A stretch of DNA of 63,763 nucleotides, counting the filler, from Sphacelaria rigidula (taxonomy: Eukaryota), in NCBI GenBank assembly GCA_964200075.2. It is 6 parts of 6 records of this genome, joined end to end, with 100 filler letters (N's around TTAATTAATTAA, not from the genome) between each part and the next. Parts side by side here need not be neighbours in the genome. Positions count along the whole stretch, not along the records: positions 53,222 to 63,763 come from CAXNAA020006307.1; 5 more parts are not named here. One strand, written 5' to 3'. The notes below the pieces were generated by a model. The model searched no databases. It was not told the DNA's origin and saw only the letters and a program-made list of their open reading frames with translations. This document shows, piece by piece, positions 61,420 through 63,763 of the stretch (its first letter is position 1; each line of letters begins with the position of its first letter). A program made the position numbers and the translations under genes.

Positions 61420-62590
61420 TGAAAACACAACGAGCGCGACTCGTGTGCTCGAGTCACTACTTTTTTTACAACGAGCAATGACTCGTGCATTCGAGTGCCT
61501 CGAGTACTCGCCCTATTGTTTTCTTTTCCACAGCGAGCAATGACTCGAGCGCTCGCCCTACTAATTATTTCCACGACAAGCGATGACTCGAGTGCTCGCC
61601 CTATTATTTTTTTTCCACAACGAGCAATGACTCGAGTGCTCGCCCTACTAATTTTTTCCACAACGAGCAATGACTCGAGTGTGTTGTGTTGTCGTCCCAT
61701 TTATTCCGGACGTCGGTCTACACCTTTCGGTATAATATATGTGGGCGCACTAGCCGGGGTCACACAGGAGGAATGTCAGCTCATGAGCTTTTCTTTCTTA
61801 TTTGTTTCAGTTCCCCACCTTCTTTCTGCGGTGCTTGCCTTTATTTTCTACCGCGAAAGGGGTTCAGCGATTCCTTTCCCTCGTCGACCGTTGAGTCGAA
61901 CTTTGTGTACGGTACCCACGACATAGTCGCTCTCCACTGTTGGGCATCGTGTGACAAAAATCCCAGAGCGCTTCGAGACCTGAACCCACAACCCAACCGT
62001 CAGAGGGTTCCGAGATTACCAACTGAGTCACCGGGGCAACTGGCGAGTACTCGCCCTAATAAATTTCTTCCACAACGAGCAATGACTCAAGTGCTCGCCC
62101 CATTAACGTTTTCCCTCAACGAGCAATGACTCGAGTGCTCGCCCTACTAACTGTTTCCACGACAAGCGATGACTCGAGTGCTCGCCCTATTAATTATTTC
62201 CACAGAGAGCAATGACTCGAGTGCTCGCCCTACTAATTGTTTCAAGGGCAGGTCGAGTAGAGTATACTCAGTTGCAAGGTATTTTGAAAGTCGCACTTGA
62301 AGTACACGAATTGGGGTAGGATTTCAGGGATCGCTTTCCAGTGATATTTTGGGTACGACTCCCAACACTCTACCCTATTTGAGTACCCCAAGTACATCTT
62401 TCGAAATACCCGCAGTTGAGTATTTTCTACTCGACCTGCCGTTCCATTGTTTCCACAGCGAGCAATGACTCGAGGGCTCGCCCTACTTATTTTTTCCACG
62501 ACGAGCACTGACTCGAGTACTCGCCCTATTAATTTTTACGGCCAACGAGTAGCCCAACGAGTGGGAGTGCCACGAGTCATACTCGTGCTC
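61420..62590 (+). repeat. About 43-bp minisatellite (TTTCCACAACGAGCAATGACTCGAGTGCTCGCCCTA + AT-rich linker), interrupted by two insertions
   Basis: About 13 recognisable units in three blocks: 61420-61680, 62044-62242 and 62448-62590. Confidence 0.92.
61681..62043 (-). mobile_element. Full-length tRNA-derived SINE inserted in the minisatellite
   Basis: On the minus strand: head CCCCGGTGACTCAGTTGGTAA (A box) and GGGTTCAGGTCT (degenerate B box), body shared with the copies at 7830 and 11251, and an ACAACACAACAC tail. CGAGT is present on both flanks as a candidate target-site duplication. Confidence 0.85.
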
Positions 62591-62599
62591 GTCCGACGT

Positions 62600-63295
62600 G
62601 TGCAGATTTGCAGATTTGTTGAAATTGTTCTGTACACGAAGAGCCATTTTCTGCAGAGGTGTGGTATCACAATAAAGCCGAAGAGCAGGCAGGCAGGGAA
62701 TCATGTATCAACAGCAGCGTCGTACCGTGGTACCCTAGGGTAACATGCAGTGCAGTACACTCCACCATCACAGCACACGGTGATGCCGTGTGGCAATACA
62801 TGCTGGTACAGTCGGTATTGCGACAAGAGTGCACAACGTGAGACAAGAGTTCACGAGTGCAGTTCCATTCATCGCCCTACAAGTTCAGCGACGGCAGAGT
62901 GTAGGGTAGTACAGAACCACTTGTTATGATGATACATACAACAGTACAGTGCAGCATAAAATATTGTCATCACGACAGGGTACAGCGTCCACACTTGTCA
63001 TCCGCTTGTCAAACCCAGTGCGAAGCTGCTCCAGCAGCTGGCGCTGGCAGCCCTGTCTGTGCTGTCACGAGACTGTCTGCTGCTGCGGTTGCAAGAATAT
63101 CCAACGCCTGTTGCCCTATCACCGTACGTCAATGTACGTAAGTCACTTCCTACAGAATCGGGGGACCTCGATTTTCCCCAGATCTGCGCTCAGATTCGGG
63201 GAAAACCATTCTCAAGTCATGACATACGAATCTGAGCTTCCCCGAGTTGGGCCAAATCGGGGTTCATAGACCATCTTGTATGGCAACCAATCCGT
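62600..63295 (-). mobile_element. Inverted copy of the repeat family at 36340-37340
   Basis: The reverse complement of 62715-62965 aligns with 36730-36980; terminal motif CTTGTATGGCAACCAATCC at about 63275-63293. Confidence 0.75.
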
Positions 63296-63710
63296 ATTAG
63301 GTGAATTTATAGCTCTGAAATGGTACCAGTTGTAACTGGCCATTATCATTACAATGGTAATAATGGTAATGGTTGTGTAAAAAAAATGGATAATGATTTC
63401 AAATAATTATTCGCCGTTACCGGCCGCGAGTGCTACATGCAGCTCTTGGAAATTGTCCCAAATTCAAGGTATTCCTTAGCTCTGGTGAAACCAGATCGCG
63501 TAAAAACGTGCCTCCGGCACGGCGCCTCCGGCGGGGCCCCCTCGATCTGGCGGGGCGGGGCCTTTTTGTCTCGCGGCTGCGGCGCTCGATGACCGAACCA
63601 TTTTGTTCCATCTGGCTGGTCAATGAGTGTGCTACGCGTAACCTTTCAACTGGTTCATGGTCAGACAAACGGTTTCTGAGCTCTATTTATAATAGTATTT
63701 GTACAAATAA

Positions 63711-63763
63711 CAGTGTTTTCGTGAGATTGAGAGTAGATGATATGATTGAGAGTGGCTTTGATC
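63711..63763. mobile_element. Left terminus of the CAGTGTTTTCGTGAG MITE family at the contig end
   Basis: CAGTGTTTTCGTGAGATTGAGAGTAGATGATATGATTGAGAGTGGCTTTGA matches 11379-11428. Confidence 0.8.

Noticed and set aside
61420..62590. CRISPR array (palindromic repeat plus variable part)
   Set aside because: The variable parts are only about 10 nt, AT-rich and related to each other, and there are no cas genes. The long interruptions are mobile elements.

Overview
Eukaryotic, intron-rich, repeat-rich DNA, most likely from a brown alga or related photosynthetic heterokont (inferred from a chlP gene with a bipartite plastid-targeting presequence). The window is not one locus. It is six contigs of 10546, 10545, 10544, 10543, 10543 and 10542 bp, sorted by length and joined by an identical 100-nt linker (44 N + TTAATTAATTAA + 44 N), so nothing can be inferred across the joins. 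Host genes: a partial 7-exon USP40-like deubiquitinase (+, contig 1), a complete 10-exon geranylgeranyl reductase chlP (-, contig 3), the last three exons of a METTL7/UbiE-type SAM methyltransferase (+, contig 5), a convergent low-complexity poly-Asn gene (-, contig 5) and a few orphan exons. Mobile DNA: a full-length but pseudogenised plant-type mariner with TIRs and TA target site, two joined RTE-type LINE copies, a Ty3/Gypsy integrase remnant, a tRNA-derived SINE family (3 copies), several MITE families, Helitron-like 3' hairpin ends and two minisatellite arrays. I found no convincing novel multi-gene system. The best leads are a possible interleaved antisense gene pair, recurrent candidate GC-AG donors, a DD40D mariner, a GAA-loop Helitron-like terminator family and structured repeat arrays.
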